A stretch of 32,000 nt of DNA, taken from Candidatus Methylomirabilis oxygeniifera (GTDB lineage Bacteria > Methylomirabilota > Methylomirabilia > Methylomirabilales > Methylomirabilaceae). Within the stretch, counting starts at the first letter, position 1; each line of letters starts with the position of its first letter. The position numbers and the translations under genes are program-made. Below are positions 16,486-26,687 of the stretch, one piece after another. The stretch spans positions 930,001 to 962,000 of the forward strand of contig FP565575.1 of NCBI GenBank assembly GCA_000091165.1, given 5' to 3'. The notes below the pieces were generated by a model, which did no database searches, had not been told where the DNA came from, and saw nothing but the letters and a program-made list of their open reading frames with translations.

Positions 16486-16941
16486 TCACACCGGCTTCAA
16501 CTTCACCGACGAGGGGGAAGATTGCTCTTGATCGACAAGCCATGCGCGAAGCGTGGCGTGGATCTCATCGCGAACGCGACGGAACTTCTTCAGTTTGTCT
16601 TCATCTGTGCCGGCAGCCTGAGAAGGATCGTCGAAGCTCCAGTGGATGCGGGTCGTTCCGCCTGGGAACATCGGGCATCGTTCGTTGGCGTTGTCGCAGA
16701 CCGTGATCACGTAGTCCCATGGCTGGCTGAGGAATGCGTCGATGGCCTTGGAGGTATGCCCGCTCAGATCGATGGCAACCTCGCCCATAGCCCGAATCGC
16801 GAGCGGGTGGACGCGCGATGCTTCGGTCCCGGCGCTTGCCACATCAAAACGCTCGCCAGCGAGCGCGCGAAGGAGACCTTCGGCCATCTGGCTCCGCGCC
16901 GAGTTGTGTGTGCAAAGAAACAGGACTCGCAGTGTGGTCAT
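16486..16941 (-). CDS. arsC: arsenate reductase, low-molecular-weight phosphatase/thioredoxin type
   Basis: VLFLCTHNSARSQMAEGLLRAL; VITVCDNANERCPMFPG; HWSFDDPSQAAG. Confidence 0.93.
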   Translation of the reverse strand: MTTLRVLFLCTHNSARSQMAEGLLRALAGERFDVASAGTEASRVHPLAIRAMGEVAIDLSGHTSKAIDAFLSQPWDYVITVCDNANERCPMFPGGTTRIHWSFDDPSQAAGTDEDKLKKFRRVRDEIHATLRAWLVDQEQSSPSSVKLKPV

Positions 16942-17036
16942 ATAGCTCCCCTCAGCGTGTACGCTGACCATAGATTGCCGGATAACACCCGGAAGACATC
17001 GACGCTATCGCGAAGCAGAGATTGTGCTGAACATGG

Positions 17037-18146
17037 TCACGTCTGTCGGCCGATTGGTGTTCCGGCTGATTCGACGACCGGGACCGCCGTGGGCTCGGTA
17101 AACCAATGACGTGTGCGATTACAGATCGAGCACACCGAGAGCATGACCGGCACCTCGACGAGGACCCCGACCACCGTGGCCAATGTCGCGCCGGAGGTGA
17201 GGCCGAAGAGCGAGATGGCGGTGGCGACGGCCAGCTCGAAAAAGTTGCTGGCGCCGATCAGCGCGCCAGGAGCCGCGACCGAGTGTGGGACACGGAGCCG
17301 CCACGCCAACCCATACGCCAACCCTGAGTTGAAGTAGACCTGGATAAGCAGAGGGATGGCGATGAGCACGATGTGCGAGAGCTTACCCAGGATCACCTCC
17401 CCCTGGAAGGCGAAGATGATGACGAGGGTGGCCAGGAGGGCCACAATAGTGACCGGCTTGAGCCGCGCAAGAAAAACGCCCTCGAACCACGCGGGGCCGT
17501 GAGTCCGGAGGAGCGCCGCGCGAGAGGCAGCCCCGGCTACAAGAGGGATGACGATATAGAGCAGGACCGAGTAGAGCAGTACGTCGTACGGCACCGTGAT
17601 GTTCGAGACGCCCAGGAGAAAGATGACGATGGGCGCAAAGGCGAAGAGCATGATGAGGTCGTTCAACGCTACCTGGACCAGCGTGTAGGCTGGGTCGCCG
17701 TCGGTCAGATAGCTCCAGACGAAGACCATGGCCGTGCACGGGGCAGCCGCCAGGATGATGGTCCCGGCAAGGTACTGATCTCCGAGCGAGGGACCGATAA
17801 TCCCGGCAAAGAGGTGCTTGAAGAAGAGCCAGCCGAGGAAGGCCATGCTAAAAGGCTTGACCAACCAGTTGACGAACAGGGTGATCAGGATCCCCTTCGG
17901 TCGCCGCCCGACGTCCCTGATGGCAGAGAAGTCGATCCGCAGCATCATTGGGTAGATCATCAGCCAGATCAGGATCGCAACCGGGAGGTTGACGTGACTC
18001 ACCTCCATCCGGCTTAAGGCGCCAACCAGTCCGGGGCTGATCTTGCCGATGGCGATGCCCGTCACGATACAGAGCGCCACCCAGACAGAGAGGTAGCGCT
18101 CAAAGACGTTCAGCCGCGTTGCAACAGTGATATCCTGCGTGCTCAT
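17037..18146 (-). CDS. acr3: arsenite efflux permease, ACR3 family
   Basis: VWVALCIVTGIAIG; LMIYPMMLRIDF; PCTAMVFVWSYLTDGDPAYTLVQVALNDLIMLFAFAPI. Confidence 0.93.
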   Translation of the reverse strand: MSTQDITVATRLNVFERYLSVWVALCIVTGIAIGKISPGLVGALSRMEVSHVNLPVAILIWLMIYPMMLRIDFSAIRDVGRRPKGILITLFVNWLVKPFSMAFLGWLFFKHLFAGIIGPSLGDQYLAGTIILAAAPCTAMVFVWSYLTDGDPAYTLVQVALNDLIMLFAFAPIVIFLLGVSNITVPYDVLLYSVLLYIVIPLVAGAASRAALLRTHGPAWFEGVFLARLKPVTIVALLATLVIIFAFQGEVILGKLSHIVLIAIPLLIQVYFNSGLAYGLAWRLRVPHSVAAPGALIGASNFFELAVATAISLFGLTSGATLATVVGVLVEVPVMLSVCSICNRTRHWFTEPTAVPVVESAGTPIGRQT

Positions 18147-18166
18147 AGTATCTTCCCACTATCCGA

Positions 18167-18182
18167 ATCAAGATTCATTGAT
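18167..18182. promoter_or_regulatory. candidate ArsR operator 1
   Basis: ATCAA-GATTCA-TTGAT, 21 bp upstream of the acr3 start. Confidence 0.65.
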
Positions 18183-18201
18183 GAGTCAGGCCAAAAAAAA
18201 G

Positions 18202-18528
18202 TCAATCACATCGTTTCAACGAAACGCGAAGCCCACGTCCTCTTGGCTTCAGCGAGCCAATAAACTGCTCCAGATCCTCGATCGCCTCCGGGTTCAACGA
18301 GTAGTACACCCATCGACCCTCCCGCCTGTCCGTTAGGAATCCGGCCTCCTTGAGCGTCTTGAGATGGAAGGAGAGCAGCGATTGGGTTGTCGCCAGCATG
18401 TCGGTCAAGTCGCAGACGCACTGCTCGCCGTCGCTCAGACGTTCGATGATCTGCAGGCGCGTTTCATCGGAGAGCGCGTGAAACCAACGCGCGGTACGCT
18501 TGAAATCTTTCGGCACCAGAAATCCCAT
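18202..18528 (-). CDS. arsR: ArsR-family metalloregulator
   Basis: LSDETRLQIIERLSDGEQCVCDLTDML...LSFHLKTLKEAGFLTDRREGRWVYYSL; CVCDL metal-binding motif. Confidence 0.93.
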   Translation of the reverse strand: MGFLVPKDFKRTARWFHALSDETRLQIIERLSDGEQCVCDLTDMLATTQSLLSFHLKTLKEAGFLTDRREGRWVYYSLNPEAIEDLEQFIGSLKPRGRGLRVSLKRCD

Positions 18529-18541
18529 GAACTGAATATAT

Positions 18542-18557
18542 CAAACTTCATTGATGC
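18542..18557. promoter_or_regulatory. candidate ArsR operator 2
   Basis: ATCAA-ACTTCA-TTGAT, 14 bp upstream of the arsR start. Confidence 0.7.
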
Positions 18558-18757
18558 GTCAAACAACTATAAAAAAGGGCGCCTTCCTCGTCATGGCTAG
18601 GCTACACACACAAACGAACCTGGATAATCCCTATATGGCTCAAACTGTGCGGTTGCGGTTCGCTAGCCTATGATTTACACTTGGTAAGTTTATCGTGTAC
18701 GTCATACGATCAATGACAACCGGCTGAATACTAATTCTCCAACAACTCAAATCGCCC

Positions 18758-21082
18758 ATGCTTCAAACCATCGAACAGCGCATCGCCACCGAGCTTGGTG
18801 TCAAGCCTGCCCAAGCCATTGCCGCGGTTCAATTGCTTGACGAGGGTGCCACCGTGCCCTTCATAGCCCGCTACCGCAAGGAAATTACCGGCGAGCTGGA
18901 CGACATCCAACTGCGGTTACTTGAGGAACGACTGACCTATCTGCGCGAACTCGAAGAACGCCGTGCGACAGTGCTTGCGTCCATAGAGGAGCAGGGGAAG
19001 CTGACGGCCGAACTGAAAGCCGAGATCGTTGGTGCCGAGACCAAACAGCGTCTCGAAGATCTCTACTTGCCCTACAAATCCAGACGACGCACCAAGGCCC
19101 AGATCGCGCGCGAGGCCGGTCTGGAGCCCTTGGCCGATGCCCTGTTCGACGATCCAACACTCGTTCCGGAGATCGAAGCCGCAAAATATGTTCGAACGGA
19201 CACTGAACCGCCGGAGCAGCATGTACCGGATGTCAAGGCAGCGCTCGATGGCGCACGCCAGATTCTGATGGAACGGTTCTCTGAGGATGCCGGGCTGCTC
19301 GACGGGCTGCGTCGTTACCTGTCCGATCATGCGCTGATCGTCTCCATGGTGGCCGAGGGCAAGGAGAGTGAAGGCGCCAAGTTCCGCGACTGGTTTGATT
19401 TTCGTGAACCGATCAAAAGCGCTCCCTCGCACCGGGTTCTGGCCATGTTGCGGGGCCGCAACGAGGATATCCTGCGTTTGGCGCTGAAGACCGAACCCGA
19501 ACTTGAAGATCCGCCGCGTGCCTCGCCCTGCGAAGCCATGGTAGCCGGTCATTTCGGCATCACCGACAAAGGCCGCCCGGCGGACACGTGGTTGCTGGAC
19601 TCGGTACGTTCGGCCTGGATGGTCAAGCTCTCGCTGCACCTGAAGCTCGAGTTGATGAACGAGATGCGGGAACGTGCCGAGGACGAAGCCATTCGGGTTT
19701 TTGCCCGCAACCTTCACGACCTGCTGCTCGCGGCACCGGCCGGCCCGCGGATCACTATCGGTCTTGATCCAGGGATTCGCACCGGAGTCAAGGTCGCCGT
19801 CATCGACAAGACCGGCAAGCTCGTCGACACCTCCACGATCTACCCTCACGAACCGCGCCGGGACTGGGACGGCGCACTTGCCACCATTCGCCAGTTGGCT
19901 CAAAAGCATGGGGCCGAGTTGATCGCTATTGGCAACGGCACAGCCAGCCGGGAAACCGACAAGCTCGCCGCCGATCTCATCAAGCGCCACCCCGAATTGA
20001 AACTGGCCAAGGTGGTGGTGTCGGAGGCAGGGGCCTCCGTGTATTCAGCCTCCGAACTGGCCTCGAAGGAATTTCCCGATATAGACGTGTCTTTGCGGGG
20101 CGCCGTGTCCATCGCGCGCCGTCTGCAGGATCCCCTGGCAGAACTGGTCAAGATCGACCCGAAGAGCATCGGCGTCGGCCAGTATCAACACGATGTGAAT
20201 CAGGGCAAGCTGGCACGGTCGCTCGGTGCGGTGATCGAGGACTGCGTGAACTCGGTCGGCGTCGACGTCAATACTGCATCCGTACCCCTGCTGACTCGCA
20301 TCTCCGGTCTCACCCCGACACTTGCCGGTAACATCGTCAGCTACCGCGATCAGCATGGCGCCTTCAAGAGCCGCAAGCAGTTACGGCTTGTCCCCCGCCT
20401 GGGCGACAAGACATTCGAACTGGCTGCCGGTTTCTTGCGTATCAACAATGGCGACAACCCACTCGATGCCTCGGCTGTGCATCCGGAAGCCTATCCCGTC
20501 GTCGAGCGAATTCTTGCCGACATCAAAAAGAGCATCCGTGAAGTGATCGGAGACGGTAACGCCGTGCGCGCCCTCACACCTGAGAAATACACCGATGACA
20601 AGTTCGGCCTGCCCACGGTTCAGGACATTCTCACGGAACTCGAAAAACCCGGTCGCGATCCGCGACCTGAGTTCAAGACCGCCCTATTCCGCGAAGGGGT
20701 TGAAAGTCTCATGGACCTTGAGTCCGGGATGATGCTGGAAGGCATCGTCACCAATGTCACCAATTTCGGCGCCTTTGTCGATATCGGCGTACACCAGGAC
20801 GGTCTCGTCCACGTCTCAGCGCTTGCCGACAAGTTTGTCAAAGACCCGCACAGTATCGTCAAGGCGGGCGACGTTGTGAAGGTGAAAGTGTTGGAGGTCG
20901 ATATCGCACGCAAGCGCATCGCCCTGACCATGCGCCTGTCGGATGAAGTCACAGCGAGGATTGACGGCACCATTTCGCATCGAAGAGGCAAACCCCCTCT
21001 ACCGAAACCGAAACCAGATGCATTACAACAACGCAGTGCGATAGCAGCGGCTTTCGCGAAATTGAATCAGCGATACCAGTGA
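18758..21082 (+). CDS. tex: Tex-family transcription accessory / S1 RNA-binding protein
   Basis: [15 protein letters not shown]; [16 protein letters not shown]; [33 protein letters not shown]; C-terminal S1 domain. Confidence 0.96.
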   Translation: MLQTIEQRIATELGVKPAQAIAAVQLLDEGATVPFIARYRKEITGELDDIQLRLLEERLTYLRELEERRATVLASIEEQGKLTAELKAEIVGAETKQRLEDLYLPYKSRRRTKAQIAREAGLEPLADALFDDPTLVPEIEAAKYVRTDTEPPEQHVPDVKAALDGARQILMERFSEDAGLLDGLRRYLSDHALIVSMVAEGKESEGAKFRDWFDFREPIKSAPSHRVLAMLRGRNEDILRLALKTEPELEDPPRASPCEAMVAGHFGITDKGRPADTWLLDSVRSAWMVKLSLHLKLELMNEMRERAEDEAIRVFARNLHDLLLAAPAGPRITIGLDPGIRTGVKVAVIDKTGKLVDTSTIYPHEPRRDWDGALATIRQLAQKHGAELIAIGNGTASRETDKLAADLIKRHPELKLAKVVVSEAGASVYSASELASKEFPDIDVSLRGAVSIARRLQDPLAELVKIDPKSIGVGQYQHDVNQGKLARSLGAVIEDCVNSVGVDVNTASVPLLTRISGLTPTLAGNIVSYRDQHGAFKSRKQLRLVPRLGDKTFELAAGFLRINNGDNPLDASAVHPEAYPVVERILADIKKSIREVIGDGNAVRALTPEKYTDDKFGLPTVQDILTELEKPGRDPRPEFKTALFREGVESLMDLESGMMLEGIVTNVTNFGAFVDIGVHQDGLVHVSALADKFVKDPHSIVKAGDVVKVKVLEVDIARKRIALTMRLSDEVTARIDGTISHRRGKPPLPKPKPDALQQRSAIAAAFAKLNQRYQ

Positions 21083-22167
21083 CGCAGGCTGTTCTCGTTC
21101 GCCGACCGAGTGATCTGACGGTCGCCTGGGCGCAACGCATCGTTGCTCAACATGCTGCAGGCGCCACGGTATCGGAGGTCAGTGTGCTGTCCGCTGATAT
21201 CGGGACGACAACGCGGGTGCGCGTCGCAGTCGAACACAATGGGCCGGAGACGTTGCCCCGTCGTTGGTTCGTGAAACTGCCGTCGCGGTCCTGGCGAGCC
21301 TGGTGCATTACGGCGTTACCCCGCCTCCTCCAGACAGAAGTGCGTTTCTATCAGGAAGTGACGCAGGCTGTCCCCGTGCTGCGGCCTACCGTGTTAGCGG
21401 CGCAGAGCCGGTGCGGACGGGGCACGACGCTGGTCCTTGCCGATGTGACAGAACGTGGTGCTGTTCCCGGCGCTCCAGGGGATGCGTTGACGACCGCTCA
21501 AGCGACCGTAGTGGTCGAACAACTGGCCAGACTTCATGTGCAGTTTTGGAATAAGGCGAGTCTCGATCAGGAATATCGATGGCTGGCTGGTCCTGTTCGG
21601 CGATGGGAAGATCGGTTGGGAACAGCCCTGGCAGTGCCGTTGATGCAACGGGGGTTACGGCGTGCCGGGAGCGCTGTTCCCATCGTACTCCACGCCCCCG
21701 CTGTGCAGTATGCGTGCCGGCGTCGCCAGGCGATGCGCTTGCTTGCAGACGGCCCACGCACCCTCGTCCATCACGATGTACATCCCGGCAATCTCTTCTG
21801 GCAGCAGTCCCAACCGGGATTCCTCGACTGGCAGCTCGTCCGCATTGGTGAGGGGATTGGCGATGTCGCGTACTTCCTGGCTACCGCGCTCACACCTGAA
21901 ATCCGGCGGACGTGCGAAGCGCGCCTGCTCGCACGGTATCAGCAGGTTCTTGAGGACTGCCGGATTGCGGATCTCGATTCCACAACGCTACGGCAACGAT
22001 ATCGCGCCCATCTCATGTATGCCTTTGAAGCCATGGTAGTGACGCTTGCGGTCGGTGACATGATGCCCCTGGAGAGCAATCTGGAACTCATTCGCCGGGC
22101 GGCCGCGGCCGTCGAGGATCACGATGCCTTTGCGGTCAGACCGGCGAGGAGCGCCTACCTCGGTTGA
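21079..22167 (+). CDS. aminoglycoside-phosphotransferase-like kinase
   Basis: [15 protein letters not shown]...[21 protein letters not shown]; GTG start overlapping the tex stop. Confidence 0.8.
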   Translation: MTQAVLVRRPSDLTVAWAQRIVAQHAAGATVSEVSVLSADIGTTTRVRVAVEHNGPETLPRRWFVKLPSRSWRAWCITALPRLLQTEVRFYQEVTQAVPVLRPTVLAAQSRCGRGTTLVLADVTERGAVPGAPGDALTTAQATVVVEQLARLHVQFWNKASLDQEYRWLAGPVRRWEDRLGTALAVPLMQRGLRRAGSAVPIVLHAPAVQYACRRRQAMRLLADGPRTLVHHDVHPGNLFWQQSQPGFLDWQLVRIGEGIGDVAYFLATALTPEIRRTCEARLLARYQQVLEDCRIADLDSTTLRQRYRAHLMYAFEAMVVTLAVGDMMPLESNLELIRRAAAAVEDHDAFAVRPARSAYLG

Positions 22168-22173
22168 TCCATA

Positions 22174-24006
22174 TTATACGAAGTCCGTACCAGGAGGGGC
22201 GATCGGTAGCGTAAAGCGGACAGTAGTTCCCTTGTTTAATTCGCTTTCGATGAGTAGCTCACCACCATGCGCCTTGACCAGGTGCTTGACGATGGCTAAG
22301 CCAAGTCCTGTCCCGCCCATCTCTCGAGAACGGGCCCTGTCCACCCGGTAGAACCGCTCGGTGATTCTGGGCAGGTCCTGGGAAGGAATGCCAATGCCCG
22401 TATCCTGCACCGCAACCTCCACGAAGTCAACGATAGGGTGTAGGGTATCGGGTGTAGGGTGGGCGAGCGAAGCGGACACCCTGACAGCCCCGCCCTTTTG
22501 AGTAAACTTGAAGCCGTTGTCCAGGAGGTTGATCAGGACCTGCGCGATTCGGTCGCGGTCGGCCATGACGCGCGGTAGATCATCGGGAAGCTCGGTCCGA
22601 AGTTCGATCTTCTGCTTGGTCGCCTGCGGTCCGTAGATAGCCATGACATTGTGCACCACCTCGGCGAGGACTGTCGGTTGCCGATGAAGCGTCACCTTTC
22701 CCAATTCAAGATTGGAGAGATCCAGCAGGTCGTCCAGGAGCCGACCCAAACGTTCGGTGTGCTTGTGGATTACCTCGAGGAACGGCCGGGCATGCTCCCG
22801 ATCCTCGAGCGCTCCTTCCAGGAGGGTCTCCAAGTATCCTCTGACTGAGGTAAGGGGAGTGCGGAGTTCATGAGAGACGTTGGCCACAAACTCCGTACGG
22901 GCCGCCTCAAGGCGACGGAGTTCGGTCACATCGTGCATCACCCACAGTGCGCCTGCTGATCGTTCGCTGCCCTTGAGGGGAGAGGCATGCACTTGAAGTA
23001 CCCGCTGCACCGGGGTAAAGATATGAAGCTCCCGAGGAGCGAAAACCCCCTCCCTGAGGGTTTGATTCAAAAGATCCAACATTTCCTTATTACGAATCAC
23101 CTCGAGAAATGGCCTGCCCTCCGCCACGACCGACGAGATGTTGAAAAGCCGGCAGGCGCTGGCGTTGATAAAAAGAATCCGATTCATCCCATCAACCGCC
23201 AGTACCCCCTCTACCATGCTGTCAAGGATGGCAGCCCCCTTCGTCCGCTCCTCTTCCAGTGCGGCGAGGCGGTCTTCCAGCCGCTTTGCCATCAGATTCA
23301 GGGCGTTCCCTAACTGGCCAATTTCATCAGAAGAGACCGCGGAAATCTTTCGGGAGAAGTCCCCGTCGGCCATGCGGCGAGCGACGGCCGTCATCTCGGC
23401 GATGGGACTGGTCACCTGACGGGCGAACAGGAAACCCAGGATCACCGCTGCAGCCAGGGCAATCAGGCCCCCAATGATGAGTGTTCGTCTGAGTAACGTA
23501 AGATCATCCCTGAGATCAGAGAGCGGCATTGCAACGCGGAGGACCCCAGCGATTACTCCATTCTGTCGCAGGGGGATGGCCAGATACAGCATCTTGACGC
23601 CGAGGGTGTCGCTTCGACGAAGAACACTCCCCACACCATCGGAAATGGCAGCCTGGACCTCGGGGCGGCGCAGGTGATTGTCCATCAGTGCGACCTGTTC
23701 GAGTGTCCTCTCGGAATCCGCGAGGACTCGGCCTCCCGCCTCGATCACCGTGACTCGGGTCGCGACCTGCTGAGTAAGCCGTTGCACCAGCCTCTGAAGT
23801 TGCTTGGCATCTCGGGAGAGGAGGGCGGAATGTACCTCGTTGCTCATAAGCTGAGCCTGGGCCTGCAGGCTCGCCTTCAATCGATCGATCGGGGTGCGCT
23901 CGAGCGAGGAGTAAAGATAGACGCCGGCGACGGCGACGATGACGAGCACTAGGAGGAGATACGTGCCGATCAGCTTGCGCTGAAACCCGCCTTCGATCCG
24001 TGCCAT
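22174..24006 (-). CDS. phoR: phosphate-regulon-type sensor histidine kinase
   Basis: Two TM segments, HAMP, PAS, FVANVSHELRTPLTSVRGYLETLLEG, VQDTGIGIP, GGTGLGLAIVKHLVKAHGG; adjacent to phoB. Confidence 0.88.
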   Translation of the reverse strand: MARIEGGFQRKLIGTYLLLVLVIVAVAGVYLYSSLERTPIDRLKASLQAQAQLMSNEVHSALLSRDAKQLQRLVQRLTQQVATRVTVIEAGGRVLADSERTLEQVALMDNHLRRPEVQAAISDGVGSVLRRSDTLGVKMLYLAIPLRQNGVIAGVLRVAMPLSDLRDDLTLLRRTLIIGGLIALAAAVILGFLFARQVTSPIAEMTAVARRMADGDFSRKISAVSSDEIGQLGNALNLMAKRLEDRLAALEEERTKGAAILDSMVEGVLAVDGMNRILFINASACRLFNISSVVAEGRPFLEVIRNKEMLDLLNQTLREGVFAPRELHIFTPVQRVLQVHASPLKGSERSAGALWVMHDVTELRRLEAARTEFVANVSHELRTPLTSVRGYLETLLEGALEDREHARPFLEVIHKHTERLGRLLDDLLDLSNLELGKVTLHRQPTVLAEVVHNVMAIYGPQATKQKIELRTELPDDLPRVMADRDRIAQVLINLLDNGFKFTQKGGAVRVSASLAHPTPDTLHPIVDFVEVAVQDTGIGIPSQDLPRITERFYRVDRARSREMGGTGLGLAIVKHLVKAHGGELLIESELNKGTTVRFTLPIAPPGTDFV

Positions 24007-24023
24007 CCTTACTGTTCCGCCGA

Positions 24024-24707
24024 TCAGGAGTCCTGATTGAACCGGTACCCGACGCTCTTGACGGTGACGATGCGCGCAGCCTCCGGCCCCAGCTTCTCCC
24101 GGAGGCGCCGGACATGGACATCGACGGTGCGGGATTCTATCTCGGAGGCTCGCTCGTATCCCCAGACACGGTCCAACAGGTATTCCCTGGTCAGGACACG
24201 GCCCTTGGCCAGAACGAGGGCCTTCAAAAGGTCGAATTCCTTCGGTGTCAGCTCGACGGCCCGCTTGCGAATCGCAACAGTATACCGGTCGAGATCGATC
24301 TCAAGGCTGCCGGCCTTCACAATCTCTCCACCCTGGACCTCTTCGCTTCTGCGAATCAGGGCCTTGACCCTGGCCACCAGCTCCTTGGGTCCGAACGGCT
24401 TGGTGAGATAGTCGTCGCCGCCCAGTTCAAGACCTAGGACCTTGTCAGTTTCTTCCGCCTTGGCGGTCAGCATCAGGATCGGTAGGCGCGCGGTATCGGG
24501 TTCTTTGCGGAGCCGACGGCAGACATCCAACCCGCTCAGATGCGGCAGCATCAGATCCAGGACCAGCAGGCTCGGTCGCTCACGCTTGACCAGCTCCAAG
24601 GCCTGAAGGCCATCATGGGCCTGGAGGACACGAAATCCCTCGCGCTCAAGATGATAGGCGACCAGGGCGGTAATGTCTTTCTCATCGTCCACGACCAAGA
24701 CTTTCAT
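24024..24707 (-). CDS. phoB: OmpR/PhoB-family response regulator
   Basis: MKVLVVDDEKDITALVAYHLEREGFRV, LVLDLMLPHLSG, wHTH DRVWGYERASEIESRTVDVHVRRLREKLG. Confidence 0.9.
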   Translation of the reverse strand: MKVLVVDDEKDITALVAYHLEREGFRVLQAHDGLQALELVKRERPSLLVLDLMLPHLSGLDVCRRLRKEPDTARLPILMLTAKAEETDKVLGLELGGDDYLTKPFGPKELVARVKALIRRSEEVQGGEIVKAGSLEIDLDRYTVAIRKRAVELTPKEFDLLKALVLAKGRVLTREYLLDRVWGYERASEIESRTVDVHVRRLREKLGPEAARIVTVKSVGYRFNQDS

Positions 24708-24863
24708 AACTGCGCCTCCAGCCGGGTCATCAGCATTACGTGGTTAGGGTGGGCGGTGATATGTCCGATAATAGTCTCGTTTGTGGGAAGGCCGCAAGCG
24801 GTTTTCCTTGAGCGTCGCCTGGTGATTGCGCTTGACCTGATGGACGAACGGTAGTAAATATGT

Positions 24864-24887
24864 CGATATGTTTATACATGCATATCG
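24864..24887. promoter_or_regulatory. perfect palindrome CGATATG-N10-CATATCG, candidate ModE-type operator
   Basis: Inverted 7-bp arms, 10 bp upstream of the modE-like start. Confidence 0.55.
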
Positions 24888-24897
24888 AGGGTGATCG

Positions 24898-25236
24898 ATG
24901 CAACTTGAGGTGAAGTCAAAGACTTGGCTGGAGGCAGACGGCAAATTTATTATGGGGGAGCACGGTATTGCGCTCCTCGATGCGATCGATGAGCTCGGGT
25001 CGATCCAGCATGCGGCGAGGCAGGTAGGGTGGTCCTATCGGCGCGCGTGGGGATATCTCAAAACGATGGAGCGACACGCCGGCGTCCCGATTCTGGTCAT
25101 CAGTCATGGAGGAACCGCGGGCGGCGGGACGCGGCTCACACCGCAAGCTCGCAAGCTCCTGCGGGAGTATAAGCGATTACAAAAGACATTGCGGGCAGCC
25201 ATACGACAGAAATCGCGCCTACTGTTTTCGTACTAA
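24898..25236 (+). CDS. ModE-type N-terminal wHTH molybdate/tungstate regulator
   Basis: ALLDAIDELGSIQHAARQVGWSYRRAWGYLKTMER...GGGTRLTPQARKLLREY. Confidence 0.85.
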   Translation: MQLEVKSKTWLEADGKFIMGEHGIALLDAIDELGSIQHAARQVGWSYRRAWGYLKTMERHAGVPILVISHGGTAGGGTRLTPQARKLLREYKRLQKTLRAAIRQKSRLLFSY

Positions 25237-25274
25237 CAGCCGGTGCGGCGTTGCCGCACAACGGCCTACTAAAA

Positions 25275-25319
25275 CCCCCCAACCCCCCTTTGGCAAAGGG
25301 GGATCGAAGGGGGTTTGCC
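25275..25319. repeat. dispersed CCCCCTTTG-GCAAAGGGGG palindromic repeat
   Basis: AACCCCCCAACCCCCCTTTGGCAAAGGGGGATCGAAGGGGGTTTGCC, translating as the familiar NPPLAKGD/PPFGKGG-type tail. Confidence 0.7.
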
Positions 25320-25372
25320 TGGAGCTGACGGTTGAGTACTGACCGCTGTTTTCAACGGGAGGAGGTGGGAGG

Positions 25373-25579
25373 ATGGAGATGAGCGCTCGGAATCAACTGC
25401 CTGGGACCATCAAGAAGGTCAAAGTCGGTACCGTGATGGCTGAGGTAGTCATGAAGGTCGGAGATCACGAGCTGGCCGCGGCCATCACCAGCGGTTCGGC
25501 CAAGCGGATGAAATTGAAGGTCGGTGATAAAGTCGTCGCGGTCATCAAGGCGACCGAAGTGATGATCGCCAAGGAGTAG
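25373..25579 (+). CDS. molbindin (Mop-domain molybdate/tungstate-binding protein)
   Basis: SARNQLPGTIKKVKVGTVMAEVVMKVGDHELAAAITSGSAKRMKLKVGDKVVAVIKATEVMI; GGGAGGAG-type RBS region upstream. Confidence 0.93.
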   Translation: MEMSARNQLPGTIKKVKVGTVMAEVVMKVGDHELAAAITSGSAKRMKLKVGDKVVAVIKATEVMIAKE

Positions 25580-25588
25580 CGGGAGACG

Positions 25589-26467
25589 ATGACAATCATG
25601 CGTAAGAGATGGCTGAAAAGCGCTCGTAAACGCGTTGTCGTTGGGCTGGCGGCGCTTGGCATTCTGCAGATCGCGTTAATCTCTAGCGTTCAGGCCGCAA
25701 GCCAGAATGTCATTCTGGCGACGACGACCAGTACGCAGGATTCCGGTCTGCTTGATGTTCTGGTTCCGCTGTTTGAAAAGCGAACTGGCTACGCAGTGAA
25801 AACGATTTCTATCGGAACCGGCCAGGCGCTTGCGTTGGGCGGTCGAGGCGAAGCCGACGTCGTCCTGGTGCATGCGCCTGAGGCTGAGAAGAAGTACGTC
25901 GCTGAGGGGACGCTGATGAACCGGCGGTTGGTGATGCACAACGATTTTGTGGTGGTCGGTCCCAAAGAAGATCCGGCTCAGATTCGTAGCGTAAAGAAGG
26001 CGAGTGATGCGCTGCGCCGAATTGCCGAAAAAAGGGAAACGTTCGTTTCGCGCGGCGATAACTCCGGGACCCATCAGCTTGAGAAACGTCTGTGGAAAGA
26101 GGCGGGACGAGACCCAGTCGGTCACTGGTATCTCGAATCGGGTCAGGGGATGGGGCAGACCCTTGGTATTGCAGCGGAGAAGCGGGCCTATGCCCTTACC
26201 GACCGCGGCACCCTCCTCGCGTTGAAAAAACACCTCGCCCTGGACATTCTGGTCGAGCGGGACCCATCGCTCCTGAATATCTACTCGGTCATGGAGGTCA
26301 GTTCCGCCAGGTTCTCGAAGGTGAACGCTGCGGGCGGAAAGGCGTTCGCCGACTTCATGGTCTCGCCGGCGGCCCAGGAGGTCATCAAGAGTTTTGGGGT
26401 GGAGAAGTTCGGTGAGCCGCTGTTTTACCCGGATGCCGGTAAATACGAGGAGGAGATTGGACGCTGA
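25589..26467 (+). CDS. tupA: tungstate ABC transporter substrate-binding protein (TupA-like)
   Basis: Signal peptide then VILATTTSTQDSGLLDVLVPLFEKRTGYAVKTISIGTGQALALGGRGEADVVLVHAP; GDNSGTHQLEKRLW. Confidence 0.88.
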   Translation: MTIMRKRWLKSARKRVVVGLAALGILQIALISSVQAASQNVILATTTSTQDSGLLDVLVPLFEKRTGYAVKTISIGTGQALALGGRGEADVVLVHAPEAEKKYVAEGTLMNRRLVMHNDFVVVGPKEDPAQIRSVKKASDALRRIAEKRETFVSRGDNSGTHQLEKRLWKEAGRDPVGHWYLESGQGMGQTLGIAAEKRAYALTDRGTLLALKKHLALDILVERDPSLLNIYSVMEVSSARFSKVNAAGGKAFADFMVSPAAQEVIKSFGVEKFGEPLFYPDAGKYEEEIGR

Positions 26468-26504
26468 ATAGATTGCAAGCCTGAACAGTACTCGAAAATG
26501 ACAA

Positions 26505-26546
26505 GGGGCGTTCAGCTCACCCGGCCAGGTCGATACTGAACGCCCC
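26505..26546. terminator. inverted repeat after tupA, possible terminator or attenuator
   Basis: GGGGCGTTCAG (26505..26515) / CTGAACGCCCC (26536..26546), 11-bp perfect stem; no obvious T-tract. Confidence 0.4.
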
Positions 26547-26687
26547 GGCGACACGAGGCGGTCTCCCGCCCCAACGCCCATTGTATTCCCCCACTGATTG
26601 CAATCAATGTCAAGGGGAAAAGAGGCGCAAGGCGTGACCGTCTTCACCAGGATTTTCAGTTATACGATCGATGACAGGGAGGAGACG

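Noticed and set aside
17373-18017. Plus-strand 214-aa ORF antisense to acr3
   Set aside because: Low-complexity charged translation typical of the complement of a membrane protein; acr3 is unambiguous on the other strand.
25243-25259. GTGCGGC-GTT-GCCGCAC hairpin downstream of the modE-like gene as a rho-independent terminator
   Set aside because: Strong 7-bp stem but no T-tract; could be incidental in GC-rich sequence.
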